A stretch of DNA of 32,000 nt from Opitutales bacterium (GTDB taxonomy: Bacteria > Verrucomicrobiota > Verrucomicrobiia > Opitutales > UBA9783), in contig JAKSVZ010000003.1 of NCBI GenBank assembly GCA_024407725.1, positions 1 through 32,000 of the forward strand. The letters are read 5' to 3'. Within the stretch, counting starts at the first letter, position 1. Each line of letters starts with the position of its first letter. The notes beneath the pieces were generated by a model, which saw nothing but the letters and a program-made list of their open reading frames with translations, did not search any database and was not told the DNA's origin. Positions 16,282-25,042 of the stretch are shown here, piece by piece. A program made the translations under genes and the position numbers.

Positions 16282-17358
16282 ATGAAATCTTTGTGTATTA
16301 AGCTTTTGAAAAGCCCGTTGATTTTGGTAATTTGCCTTGTTTTGCAAGGATGCGGAGGCGTTAAGTCAACCAATGAAAATGCAAGCGGCGTAGCAGCTAC
16401 CGCCATGGTTGGTTCTTTAGAAGAAGAGGAGATTCAACCGGTATCAGAACAACGCTTTGAGCCTCGTCGTCCGGAAGGCATGGGGGAAGATTATAATACC
16501 CTTCCAAACTTTGATGCTACCCAAATCCATGTTGTGTGCAAAGGTGAGACGTTGACGTCCATTGCGCGTCGTTATCAGGTGTCTGTGATTCAATTGATGC
16601 AGGAAAATCATTTGACGGATAAGAACCGCATTTATGTAGGTCAACAGTTGGTGATTCCGGGAGGAGCAACAGCTTCTAGCGCGGTTAGCGGTGCGGATTA
16701 TTGTGTACAGAAAGGCGATACCTTAAGCTCCATTGCGCGTCGTTATCAGGTATCGGTGGCTCAATTGATGCAAGAAAATCATTTGACGGATAAGAACCGG
16801 ATTTATGTCGGTCAGCGTTTAAAAGTGAATGGAGCATCGTCTGTTGTTGCCCCATCGGCAGGAAACGGTACCTATTGCGTACAGAAAGGCGATACATTAA
16901 CGTCCATTGCAAAACGCTTTGGGATGAGCGTAAGCAGCTTGAAAGACCTCAACCATTTAACCAGCGATATGATTCGTATTGGACAGGTGTTAACGGTATC
17001 TGGGAATGGATCGGTTGCATCCGCTCCCGTTGCTTCGGTCGCTCCTAAGGCTACCAGTCCCATTCACGGCTCAAGCTATACGGTTCAAAGCGGAGATAGT
17101 TTGTGGAGCATTGCCCGTCGTAAAGGGATCACCGTTCAGGAGCTATGCCGTATGAATAATTTAAGCGATTCTAGCGTACTCCAAGTGGGGCAAGAGCTAA
17201 AGTTGGAAGGCAGCGCTCCTCGGGATATTGTTAATGGAAGCGATTTGGATGTGTCGATGGATACCTCTTCTACATCGAGCGAATCTTCAATCAATGATTC
17301 CTTTTCGGATTTGTTAGATTCAACGCAGGACGTTCCTACGGTACAGGTAGATAAGTAG
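16282..17358 (+). CDS. Lipoprotein-like protein with four LysM peptidoglycan-binding domains and an acidic Ser/Asp-rich tail
   Basis: Signal peptide with a lipobox-like LQGC. Four modules of the form Y.V..GDTL.SIA.R...S...L...N.L....I..GQ.L. No recognisable catalytic (M23, amidase, NlpC/P60) domain. Confidence 0.85.
   Translation: MKSLCIKLLKSPLILVICLVLQGCGGVKSTNENASGVAATAMVGSLEEEEIQPVSEQRFEPRRPEGMGEDYNTLPNFDATQIHVVCKGETLTSIARRYQVSVIQLMQENHLTDKNRIYVGQQLVIPGGATASSAVSGADYCVQKGDTLSSIARRYQVSVAQLMQENHLTDKNRIYVGQRLKVNGASSVVAPSAGNGTYCVQKGDTLTSIAKRFGMSVSSLKDLNHLTSDMIRIGQVLTVSGNGSVASAPVASVAPKATSPIHGSSYTVQSGDSLWSIARRKGITVQELCRMNNLSDSSVLQVGQELKLEGSAPRDIVNGSDLDVSMDTSSTSSESSINDSFSDLLDSTQDVPTVQVDK
16528..16827 (+). 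repeat. Intragenic tandem duplication: two near-identical LysM-coding units (period 171 nt)
   Basis: The core at 16558-16645 versus 16729-16816 differs at only about 10 positions by hand alignment (SIARRYQVSVIQLMQENHLTDKNRIYVGQQL versus SIARRYQVSVAQLMQENHLTDKNRIYVGQRL). LysM units 3 and 4 are much more diverged. Confidence 0.85.
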
Positions 17359-17364
17359 GTTAGC

Positions 17365-18468
17365 ATGCACCGTGAGGGTTCAGGTTGTCGTTCCCTTTTG
17401 ATTGCTTGCAGCTGCGTATTGGTTGCTTACGGTTTATTGATATTATATAGTGCGGCACAACCGATTGCATCCGCCCATCTGTTCGCCAAGCAATGCGCTT
17501 CGTTGGGGGTTGCATGCCTGTTCTTTTGGGTTTTCTCCAAACTTAACCTATTGCAGGTGCGTGCTATGGGCAAATGGCTTGGTGGGATAACGATAATACT
17601 GCTGTTATTGGTGTTTATCCCCGGTTTCGGTCGCATGGTGAATGGTTCGCGGCGTTGGGTCGGATTAGGCGCTTTAAGAATGCAGCCATCTGAGCTAGCA
17701 AAAATTGGTTTTGTGTTGTTCTTGTCGTATTGGATTACGAAAAACAAACAGCTTCGCCAAAACTTTATGGAGGGTTTTGTGCGCCCATTATCCATAGTAG
17801 GCTTTTTTTGCGTATTGTTATTGCTAGAACCTGATTTTGGGACAGCTCTTCTGTTTGGCGGCGTAGCCCTGTTAGCGTTAATTGTACGGGGAATGCCTTG
17901 GCGGTTTATTGTGCCAGCAGTAGCGCTAGCGATTGGTTTGTTTGCGCTTTTGGTTTACTTGAATCCGGTGCGTTTTAGCCGTATTCTGTCCTTTTTGGAT
18001 TTGGAAAACACCCGCATGGGTACAGGGTATCAATTGTGGCAAAGCTTGGTTGCGTTTTCATCCGGCAAATGGTTTGGGCGTGGATTGGGTTTGGGGCACC
18101 AACAGTTTTTCTTTTTGCCCGAAGTGCATACAGACTTTATTGGGGCGGTTTTAGCGGAAGAATTAGGCATTGTTCATGTGTTCGTTGTACTGATCTGTTT
18201 TGCGATCATTGCCTTTTGTGGGCTAAAAATTACCTGGCAACAAGACCATCCGTTTTTATTCTATACCGGCTTAACGTCTATCTGCTTTTTAACGCTTCAA
18301 GCCTTTATCAACCTAGGGGTTATTACGGGGCTGTTACCGACCAAGGGGATGGCGCTTCCCTTCCTCAGTTATGGGGGGTCGAATTTGGTCGCGAATTTTA
18401 GTTTAGTGGGGTTGTTGGTTAATTTATCCTATAATCGATACCCGCCAATAGAAACTTGGGAGTCATGA
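17365..18468 (+). CDS. ftsW: SEDS-family peptidoglycan glycosyltransferase FtsW (FtsW/RodA/SpoVE)
   Basis: About 10 TM helices. LQPSELAKI, EPDFGTA, HTDFIGAVLAEELG and LPTKGMALPFLSYGGSNL motifs. ATGA-coupled to murG, which supports FtsW rather than RodA. Confidence 0.85.
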   Translation: MHREGSGCRSLLIACSCVLVAYGLLILYSAAQPIASAHLFAKQCASLGVACLFFWVFSKLNLLQVRAMGKWLGGITIILLLLVFIPGFGRMVNGSRRWVGLGALRMQPSELAKIGFVLFLSYWITKNKQLRQNFMEGFVRPLSIVGFFCVLLLLEPDFGTALLFGGVALLALIVRGMPWRFIVPAVALAIGLFALLVYLNPVRFSRILSFLDLENTRMGTGYQLWQSLVAFSSGKWFGRGLGLGHQQFFFLPEVHTDFIGAVLAEELGIVHVFVVLICFAIIAFCGLKITWQQDHPFLFYTGLTSICFLTLQAFINLGVITGLLPTKGMALPFLSYGGSNLVANFSLVGLLVNLSYNRYPPIETWES

Positions 18469-19520
18469 AAACAATAGCCATTGCTTGTGGAGGAACCGGA
18501 GGGCATTTATCGCCTGGGATTGCGGTTGCTCAACGGCTGATGGAGCGCAATTACCGTTGTATTTTGTTGATTTCTCAGAAGGCGGTTGATCGAACCTTAA
18601 GCGACCTTTATCCCCAATTATCCTTTGTTAGCATCCCCGGAATCGCTTTGTCCAAAAAGCCATTGGATGGGCTACGGTGCTTGTATTATGCTGCTAAAAA
18701 CGTTTATTGTTCATGGCAATTGCTGCGGACGGAGCAGGTGGCGGCGGTAATAGGCTTTGGGGGATTTACCAATGTAGGTGCGATTTTGGCTGCCGCGTGC
18801 TTGCGAAAACCGTGTTTGTTGCATGAAGCGAATCAGGTGGTAGGGCGCACTATTCGGTTATTCGGCCGATTGGCTACGAAGGTATATGTTCCTGAAGGAG
18901 TGGTGTATCAGGGGAACCAGCAGGTAAGTTTTTGCGGATTCCCCTTGAGGCGTGAATTGCAGCCGATGGATCCAAAGGCTGCCAAAGTGCAATTGGGCTT
19001 TGACCCTGATAAACCGCTTGTGTGCGTTGTTGGAGGAAGCCAAGGAGCGCATCCGTTAAACCGATGGGTTTTGGAGCATACGGAGCAATGGATTGCGCGC
19101 GGCATTCAGGTGTTGTGTATTACGGGTACGAATAAAATGGTTCAGGCAGATAAAGCGCTTCCCTCCTCCATTGTTTTTAAGCCATTTTGTGCTCAAATGG
19201 CGTGTTTGTATTCGGCGGCGGATGGGGTTATTGCACGAGCAGGAGCCGGTACAATTGCAGAATTGACGCATTTTGCTGTGCCTTCGATTTTAATCCCTTT
19301 CCCTCAATCAGCCGAAGGGCATCAATTGAAAAATGCGCGGGTGTTTGAGCAGCGGGGTGGATGTGTGGTGGTTGAGCAATCCGCTATGGATGGTTTATGG
19401 ACCCAAGTGTTGGGCTTGTTGGAACGCAATCAGGAGATGAGAAGAGCGCTGAAGCAGCTAAAATCAATCGATTGGGCATCGTTTTTGGCCGATGAGCTGG
19501 AGGCGCAGATCAAGCGTTAA
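18465..19520 (+). CDS. murG: UDP-GlcNAc:lipid I GlcNAc transferase MurG
   Basis: ATG 18465 (ATGA overlap with the ftsW stop) is preferred over the track's TTG 18456. IAIACGGTGGHLSPGIAVA N-terminus and the C-terminal ARAGAGTIAEL...PSILIP motifs. Confidence 0.9.
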   Translation: MKTIAIACGGTGGHLSPGIAVAQRLMERNYRCILLISQKAVDRTLSDLYPQLSFVSIPGIALSKKPLDGLRCLYYAAKNVYCSWQLLRTEQVAAVIGFGGFTNVGAILAAACLRKPCLLHEANQVVGRTIRLFGRLATKVYVPEGVVYQGNQQVSFCGFPLRRELQPMDPKAAKVQLGFDPDKPLVCVVGGSQGAHPLNRWVLEHTEQWIARGIQVLCITGTNKMVQADKALPSSIVFKPFCAQMACLYSAADGVIARAGAGTIAELTHFAVPSILIPFPQSAEGHQLKNARVFEQRGGCVVVEQSAMDGLWTQVLGLLERNQEMRRALKQLKSIDWASFLADELEAQIKR

Positions 19521-19524
19521 GGTT

Positions 19525-20661
19525 ATGTCTTTGAAGGTGTTTATTTGCCAGGTTGTGGATTCCGAAGGACGCAATCGATGGTTGTTCATGCGTTATGCAT
19601 CTAAATGGGAATGTTTGCGTGCGTTATGGGCGCGTGGATTTTTGGTGCAACGGGTGTTGTATGGTAAGCGCTTTTGGAGTGCACATGCCGCTATTCAACT
19701 GTCCGAATGGGAGTCCTTTTGGGGGCAATTGCAATCGAGCTTGTCCGTTGGTAATCCGCTTACAACCGCATTGGAAACGATTCAGGTGCGTAATACGACC
19801 TTGAGAGGGTTTGTGAGTCAGGCTTTGAGTGAATTAAAACAAGGGCGGCTGTTTTCGAGCGTCTTGTTCCAACCGAAGTTCAAAGTACCGGTCGAATGGG
19901 TTTTAATATTACAACAGGCGGAGATGGGCGGATTTTTACCCAAGGGCATTGCTTGTATTGAGCGCTTGGTACGCTTCCAAACGCGTTTAGTGTATGAAAT
20001 CAAGCGTCAATTGATCTATCCCCTATTTGTCGCAGGCGTTGCGGTAGGGTTTATGGGAGGCGCTTATGGCCTGTTTTTGCCCAGAATTGCCGATTTTTAC
20101 GCCCAACAGGGGCAAAGTGTTGATAAACTAACCGCTTTTGTATTATCCATCCCCAGTTCATGGGTTTATCTATTGATTGCGACCTTCGGCATTTTGTTAA
20201 CGGTTCTGTGGAGACATGCAGACCGTTTGGTTTTAGCCTTTCAAATGCGTTCTTCCTTGATTTACAGTTGGTTTGCAATGGTATTGGGTATGTTGCTCCA
20301 AAACGGCTTACCTTTGTTGGAGAGCGTACAGGTTGCTTGGGGCTGTTTGCTTAAGCGTTATTCGTTGCAAAAAGCTCAACAGTGCTTGCTTCAAGGCAAT
20401 AGTTTGTCGGTTGTTTTAAGCGATTTCCCTAGCTTTTTTTGTCAATCGTTGCAAAAGGGAGAATCGTATGGACGATTAGCTCAAACCTTAATGGATTTGT
20501 CAGAACAGTACTACAATCAGTACGAAAAACGTTTGTTGCAGCAGACCAAATGGATTGAGCCCATTAGTATTGTTGCGCTATCGCTCGTTATTTTTGCCAT
20601 CATTTGGCTCATTGGAAATCCGTTGTTCCAATTGATCAAAACCATTGATTTATCCTTTTAA
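19525..20661 (+). CDS. GspF/PilC-type secretion-system platform protein (type II secretion system F family), orphan
   Basis: ATG 19525 is preferred over the in-frame 19492 start, which would overlap murG. The N-terminus F.CQVVDSEGR..W fits the F.Y.a.d..G pattern. Two T2SSF-like repeats (WESFWGQLQSSLSVGNPLTTALETI; WFAMVLGMLLQNGLPLLESVQVAW) and three hydrophobic blocks. Confidence 0.7.
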   Translation: MSLKVFICQVVDSEGRNRWLFMRYASKWECLRALWARGFLVQRVLYGKRFWSAHAAIQLSEWESFWGQLQSSLSVGNPLTTALETIQVRNTTLRGFVSQALSELKQGRLFSSVLFQPKFKVPVEWVLILQQAEMGGFLPKGIACIERLVRFQTRLVYEIKRQLIYPLFVAGVAVGFMGGAYGLFLPRIADFYAQQGQSVDKLTAFVLSIPSSWVYLLIATFGILLTVLWRHADRLVLAFQMRSSLIYSWFAMVLGMLLQNGLPLLESVQVAWGCLLKRYSLQKAQQCLLQGNSLSVVLSDFPSFFCQSLQKGESYGRLAQTLMDLSEQYYNQYEKRLLQQTKWIEPISIVALSLVIFAIIWLIGNPLFQLIKTIDLSF

Positions 20662-20975
20662 GGACGGGAAGTGTTACGCTCCTGACTGTTAGTGCGTTGG
20701 CGGTGAAAAAAGATACGCTGATTTCCGTTTTGAGCATAACGACGATGAGCCGTTCGCAAAGCATGCGGTGCTGTATCATCGCTAGGGGTTGCGGATGGCG
20801 TCCAACGTTTTAATGCAGGTTGTTTGTTGGCGTTAGGGATAATCCGATGCAATTGGGGTGCGCTTGAAACAAGGCGTTGGTTGGGATGAAATGGGATAGA
20901 CGCAGCCGATAAGGAGGACAAGAGGAACAAGAGGTTGAGGCTGCTAATACAAAACCGCATAGAGCATAGTACCAA
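20658..20975 (-). CDS. Hypothetical small exported basic protein (uncertain coding status)
   Basis: This is the only ORF filling a 282-nt gap. It has a signal-peptide-like N-terminus (MRFCISSLNLLFLLSSLSAAS, from the alternative ATG at 20960) and an Arg/Pro/Ser-rich remainder. No family is recognised, and the start overlaps the 3' end of the M50 gene. Confidence 0.3.
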   Translation of the reverse strand: MVLCSMRFCISSLNLLFLLSSLSAASIPFHPNQRLVSSAPQLHRIIPNANKQPALKRWTPSATPSDDTAPHALRTAHRRYAQNGNQRIFFHRQRTNSQERNTSRP

Positions 20976-21567
20976 GTTGGAGGAACCCCGCTATAATGCA
21001 GTTGATCCCAAGCGATAAGATTCGTTGTACCATCGGTACGTTGATGGCGATCAATAAAATCCATATGCCAAATTGTTCGATAAACCGTAAAGTGCGCTCC
21101 GACAGACAGGGTGAGATTAAAGTAAATCCATCCAATCCCGGCAAAGGCAACAGGTTAAAAACGATGAGGGTCGCATTGATTTGCAGCAAGGTATAGACAA
21201 TGAGTGTAAAATGACTATCGAAGGTTAACATCAGCACTCCTAATAGGCACAACAGGAGGTTGCATACGAATCCACCAAGGACGATCCATAGTAAACGGGG
21301 ATAACGGTAGGATGCGGGCTGTAAGCGTTGAGGTTTACCCCAACCGAAGAGGCAGCTAAACCCCAACAGCATGCAGATAATGGGGAATACAATCGTACCG
21401 ATTAAATCGATATGAGCCGCAGGATTGACCGTCAACCGACCGTCTTTGGATGGAGTGGGATCTCCGCATTGATTGGCGGCAAGTGCATGTCCATATTCGT
21501 GCAACGTAACGCTGATGATGAGTAAAATAAAACTGATGAGTAGCTGAGAAAGCCGCAATATATCCAT
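20944..21567 (-). CDS. Site-2 protease family zinc metalloprotease (peptidase M50, SpoIVFB-like, short form)
   Basis: HEYGH zinc motif in the first TM helix, GRLTVNPAAHIDLIGT, and a second motif NLLPLPGLDG; 207 aa, polytopic. Confidence 0.8.
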   Translation of the reverse strand: MDILRLSQLLISFILLIISVTLHEYGHALAANQCGDPTPSKDGRLTVNPAAHIDLIGTIVFPIICMLLGFSCLFGWGKPQRLQPASYRYPRLLWIVLGGFVCNLLLCLLGVLMLTFDSHFTLIVYTLLQINATLIVFNLLPLPGLDGFTLISPCLSERTLRFIEQFGIWILLIAINVPMVQRILSLGINCIIAGFLQLGTMLYAVLY

Positions 21568-21630
21568 ACCAACACTTATTTCTTAACCATCATTGTCCCC
21601 ACAGGTCAAGTTTGGATCCTGCGTCGGAGC

Positions 21631-22005
21631 TTACAAGAGCCCCAGTTCCATCTTCCCAGCTTCCGATATACGTTCTTTGGACCATGCAGGTTGCCATACC
21701 AGTTGAATATCGACATCAGCAATGCCAGGGAGGAAGCCAAGGACATCGTGGATGTTCGAAAAAATTTGTGGTGCCATGGGGCAGGTAGGTGAGGTTAAGG
21801 TCATCTCAATGGCTACTTTAAAATCGTTTGATGCTTGGAGCGTTTGAGCGGGTTCTGAAATGGATGGCGGATTTGATGAAGGTACCGGTTGAAGTTGGAT
21901 GTTATAAATAAGCCCTAAGTTAACAATATCGATGCCCATTTCGGGATCGCGTACCAACCGGAGGCGTTCCCAAATAATGTTTAATAGCTGTTCCGAGGGG
22001 GTCAT
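21631..22005 (-). CDS. sufT: DUF59/MIP18-family Fe-S assembly protein (SufT-like)
   Basis: VRDPEMGIDIVNLGLIY...MTLTSPTCPMAP...VDIQLVWQPAWSKERIS. ATGA-coupled to sufD. It has an inserted Pro/Ser-rich loop. Confidence 0.8.
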   Translation of the reverse strand: MTPSEQLLNIIWERLRLVRDPEMGIDIVNLGLIYNIQLQPVPSSNPPSISEPAQTLQASNDFKVAIEMTLTSPTCPMAPQIFSNIHDVLGFLPGIADVDIQLVWQPAWSKERISEAGKMELGLL

Positions 22006-22799
22006 TCAGGCTTAGATGGGGTTAGTAACTCATGAAATTCCGTTGAAAACACGGAATGCAAAAAGCCTTGTAGGTATAATTGCGTAGCTTCTGCATAAGG
22101 AATACCGCGGGATTGTAGATACCATAAGGCATCAGCCGGTAGCGGTTGAGTGGCGGTTCCATGCGATGCAGTGATCGAACGGTTAAAGATATGCAATTGA
22201 GGATAAGCGCTTACCTGCCCATGAGGCCCTGTAATTAGGTTTAAATTGCGTTGCTCAACAGAAGCTTGGCGTGCGTTTGCTTGTACCGATAAATCGCAGC
22301 GTAGATCGAAGCGCCCATGGTCATCAACCACCGAGTGCGTTTGACAATGCGTATGCGTGGAGGGAGCCTGATGGTCTACCAATAGGGTGGTTTGGTAGTG
22401 TTGGTTGCTGTTAACATGGACGCTTTCCTGCCAAATGAGTGATGCTTGAGGGGCTTGAAGGCGAACGGTACTGTGTACGGCGCAAGAGGTGGTTAATGCA
22501 ATACCAGAGGCATGTACTAAGCGTCCTTGATTATCAAAACTGAGGGTATAATCATGATCGCAGGTGTTAAAATGGAACAAAGTGGATCCCGCTTCTAAGA
22601 TATAGTGTACCTGATGAAGTTGTTCAATGAGCCGTACGGACGTATTGCGTCCGATGCGAATACTCACAGGGATGTTTAGGGGTTCGAATTGGAGCCAATC
22701 GGTTAAGGACAAGCCTTCGTGAAAGCTAAATGTAGCGCTTGCTGGTGACCAAGTGCCGAAGGGATTGTTGTGAAGCGATAGGAGCTTACCCAATGGCAT
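22002..22799 (-). CDS. sufD: Fe-S cluster assembly protein SufD (short, 265 aa)
   Basis: Position after sufB with a 14-nt overlap. Beta-helix-like core and a C-terminal [21 protein letters not shown] motif typical of SufB/SufD. The long N-terminal region of canonical SufD is missing. Confidence 0.7.
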   Translation of the reverse strand: MPLGKLLSLHNNPFGTWSPASATFSFHEGLSLTDWLQFEPLNIPVSIRIGRNTSVRLIEQLHQVHYILEAGSTLFHFNTCDHDYTLSFDNQGRLVHASGIALTTSCAVHSTVRLQAPQASLIWQESVHVNSNQHYQTTLLVDHQAPSTHTHCQTHSVVDDHGRFDLRCDLSVQANARQASVEQRNLNLITGPHGQVSAYPQLHIFNRSITASHGTATQPLPADALWYLQSRGIPYAEATQLYLQGFLHSVFSTEFHELLTPSKPE

Positions 22800-24147
22800 T
22801 CTCTACCTCCATATCGATTAAGCGCTTTAGTTCCACGCTGTATTCTAAGGGAAAATGTTGAACCAAATCATTGACAAACCCATTGACGCTTAGGCTGACG
22901 GCTGCTGCACGATTCAACCCTCTTTGTTGCAAATAGAACAGTTGTTCTTCATCGAGCGATGAGATACTAGCTTCATGGCATACCGATTGGGAATCGCCGC
23001 TAATTTCTACGTAAGGTAGGGTGCCGGTTTGACTCGAATCTCCCAAGAGCAGCGAATGGCATTCGGTGCTGTTTTTGCAATGGCTGCAGTTGGGTTGAAC
23101 GTGAATTTTACCGCGATAACCTGCCCATCCTGAGCCTAATGAAATTGATTTTGAAACGACATTGGAGGTAGTTTCATCTGCTAAATGCAAAACACGTGCG
23201 CCGGTATCTTGCCATTGCCCACTATGGGCTAGAGCAATGCTAAATACCTCTCCATGAGCATGCCGGCCTTTTAAATAAACACCAGGGTATTTCATGGTAA
23301 TTTTCGACCCTATGTTGCAATCAATCCATCGAACATCAGCGTTTTCTTCTGCCCAACCGCGTTTGGTTACCAAGTTAAGTACATTGGAAGACCAATTTTG
23401 AACGGTGATATACTGCAATTTAGCGTCTTTTTTTACCACCAGCTCCACAACGGCTGCATGGAGGTTTTGGGTGTCGTACATAGGGGCGGTACATCCCTCC
23501 ATATAGGTTAACTCTGCGCCTTCATCAACGATAATCAGGGTACGTTCAAATTGCCCCGAACGTTCCGCATTGATTCTGAAATACGCCTGCAGGGGTTGCT
23601 GAACCTTTAATCCTTTGGGTACGTAAATAAAACTGCCTCCGCTAAATACAGCGCTGTTAAGGGCTGCAAAGGTATTGTCGTGCGGAGGAACGATTTTTGC
23701 AAAAAAAGGCTCGAAGAGTTCACGGTATGTCGAAAGTCCTTCGTTCGAATCGGTAAAAATAACCCCCTGTTCTTGTAACTGCTGCCGCATTTTGGCGTAA
23801 GCAAATTCACTATCGAATTGGGCTTCCACACCCGCTAAAAACTTTTGTTCTTTTTCGGGCACCCCTAAGCGCTCAAAGGTGTTTTTAATGGCTGTAGGGA
23901 CTTCATCCCAGCTCTTTTTTGGCTTTTGGGTATTGGCTACATAATAGCGTAGCTTTTGGAAATCGATGGGCGGTAAAGCATTGGGAATCCACGCAGGGAG
24001 TTTGAGCCTCAAAAACGTTTTTAGGGCTTGTAAGCGAAAGGCAAGTAGCGCAGGACTTTCGCTTTTGACGGATGAAATGTAACGGATGGTATCCTGGTTC
24101 AGTCCAAATCCAGCATTTAAAGCAGTAGAATCGGTTGCGGATGCCAT
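22786..24147 (-). CDS. sufB: Fe-S cluster assembly scaffold SufB
   Basis: 453 aa. [20 protein letters not shown], the [19 protein letters not shown] region, and the C-terminal [22 protein letters not shown] motif. Confidence 0.92.
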   Translation of the reverse strand: MASATDSTALNAGFGLNQDTIRYISSVKSESPALLAFRLQALKTFLRLKLPAWIPNALPPIDFQKLRYYVANTQKPKKSWDEVPTAIKNTFERLGVPEKEQKFLAGVEAQFDSEFAYAKMRQQLQEQGVIFTDSNEGLSTYRELFEPFFAKIVPPHDNTFAALNSAVFSGGSFIYVPKGLKVQQPLQAYFRINAERSGQFERTLIIVDEGAELTYMEGCTAPMYDTQNLHAAVVELVVKKDAKLQYITVQNWSSNVLNLVTKRGWAEENADVRWIDCNIGSKITMKYPGVYLKGRHAHGEVFSIALAHSGQWQDTGARVLHLADETTSNVVSKSISLGSGWAGYRGKIHVQPNCSHCKNSTECHSLLLGDSSQTGTLPYVEISGDSQSVCHEASISSLDEEQLFYLQQRGLNRAAAVSLSVNGFVNDLVQHFPLEYSVELKRLIDMEVENAIG

Positions 24148-24156
24148 TGGATAACG

Positions 24157-24882
24157 CTATAAGCCTTTGATCAGGGATGCAACAGCGTCCAAATCAGAAG
24201 GATTTTTGGTCACTAAACTACCTTTTTGTAGAAGATATAGATGGGTTAAGGGGAGTTGATGAAGGAAGTCCATAGCGTGGGATACGATGATAAATCCGGT
24301 GTGCGGGTGTAGGGTACGAACTGTTTGTAAAACGATTTCGCGTGCTTGTAGATCCAAACCGCTATCCAATTCATCTAAAAGTGCAAATTTGGGCTTAAAG
24401 AGCAATAATTGGAGTAATTCCAAGCGTTTTTGTTCGCCCCCTGAAAAATTGCAGTGTACCGATCGGCTGGTAAAATCTTTAGGAAGTCCTACCTGCTCCA
24501 ACAGAGCGTATAGGTTTTGATAAAAGCGAGTTGCGTTAACAGTTTGTTCGGGATTGTGAAACCTTAAGGCGGTTCGCAAAAAATTAGCAACCGTTACCCC
24601 TTCAATAGCATTCGGGGATTGAAATGCCAAAAAGATGCCGTTTTGAGCCCGTTTGTCCGGTGCCCACTCATTGATGGGTTGCTGATTTAAATAAAATGTT
24701 CCGCTGGTTAATGCATAGGATGGATGCCCAGCAATGCTTTTGAGCAACGAGCTTTTGCCGGAACCATTGGGTCCGATGATCGCATGAACTTCACCCGTTT
24801 GAACTTGAAAATGAATATCCTTTAGGATGGATTGAGTGCCTTTCGTGAGGGTGGCTCCTTCTACTGTGAGGACATCATGCAT
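24157..24882 (-). CDS. sufC: Fe-S cluster assembly ATPase SufC
   Basis: Walker A GPNGSGKSSL, signature FSGGEQKRLELLQLL, Walker B ALLDELDSGLD, H-loop VSHAM. Confidence 0.92.
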   Translation of the reverse strand: MHDVLTVEGATLTKGTQSILKDIHFQVQTGEVHAIIGPNGSGKSSLLKSIAGHPSYALTSGTFYLNQQPINEWAPDKRAQNGIFLAFQSPNAIEGVTVANFLRTALRFHNPEQTVNATRFYQNLYALLEQVGLPKDFTSRSVHCNFSGGEQKRLELLQLLLFKPKFALLDELDSGLDLQAREIVLQTVRTLHPHTGFIIVSHAMDFLHQLPLTHLYLLQKGSLVTKNPSDLDAVASLIKGL

Positions 24883-24960
24883 AGGGTTAACCTAGCAGGT
24901 TCCATCGAGTGGGACAAGCTTTTTACTCAACGTCTGGCGTTGGGAGTAAATGGGTGTCCA

Positions 24961-24996
24961 GAAAATAATAAGGGCAGCACTTTTATAGGCTGCCCT
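24961..24996 (-). terminator. Rho-independent terminator after the OMP gene
   Basis: Perfect 8-bp GC-rich stem AGGGCAGC (24971-24978) / GCTGCCCT (24989-24996) with a 10-nt loop. On the minus strand it is followed by TATTATTTTC (24970-24961), about 47 nt after the stop. Confidence 0.6.
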
Positions 24997-25042
24997 GTTA
25001 ATGAGGTATTAACCACCCGTTAAGGGGATTAAACCTGTATGA

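Noticed and set aside
16528-17200. Repeated roughly 170-nt units considered as a possible CRISPR-like or satellite array.
   Set aside because: The units are in-frame LysM domain repeats of a single ORF. The repeat length and the lack of unique spacers are incompatible with CRISPR.
20662-20943. Possible SRP/4.5S, 6S or tmRNA gene. GGTGCTGT at about 20767 resembles the start of the SRP helix-8 motif.
   Set aside because: No GGAAGCAGCC-type SRP core on either strand, no tRNA-like 3' end and no convincing long helix by eye. I cannot support an RNA call without a covariance-model scan.
24885-24892. GGTTAACC palindrome immediately upstream of the sufC start, considered as a possible SufR/IscR-type operator.
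   Set aside because: It is only 8 bp and has no resemblance I can verify to known Fe-S regulator boxes. I could not find a convincing -35/-10 pair in 24883-24960 either.
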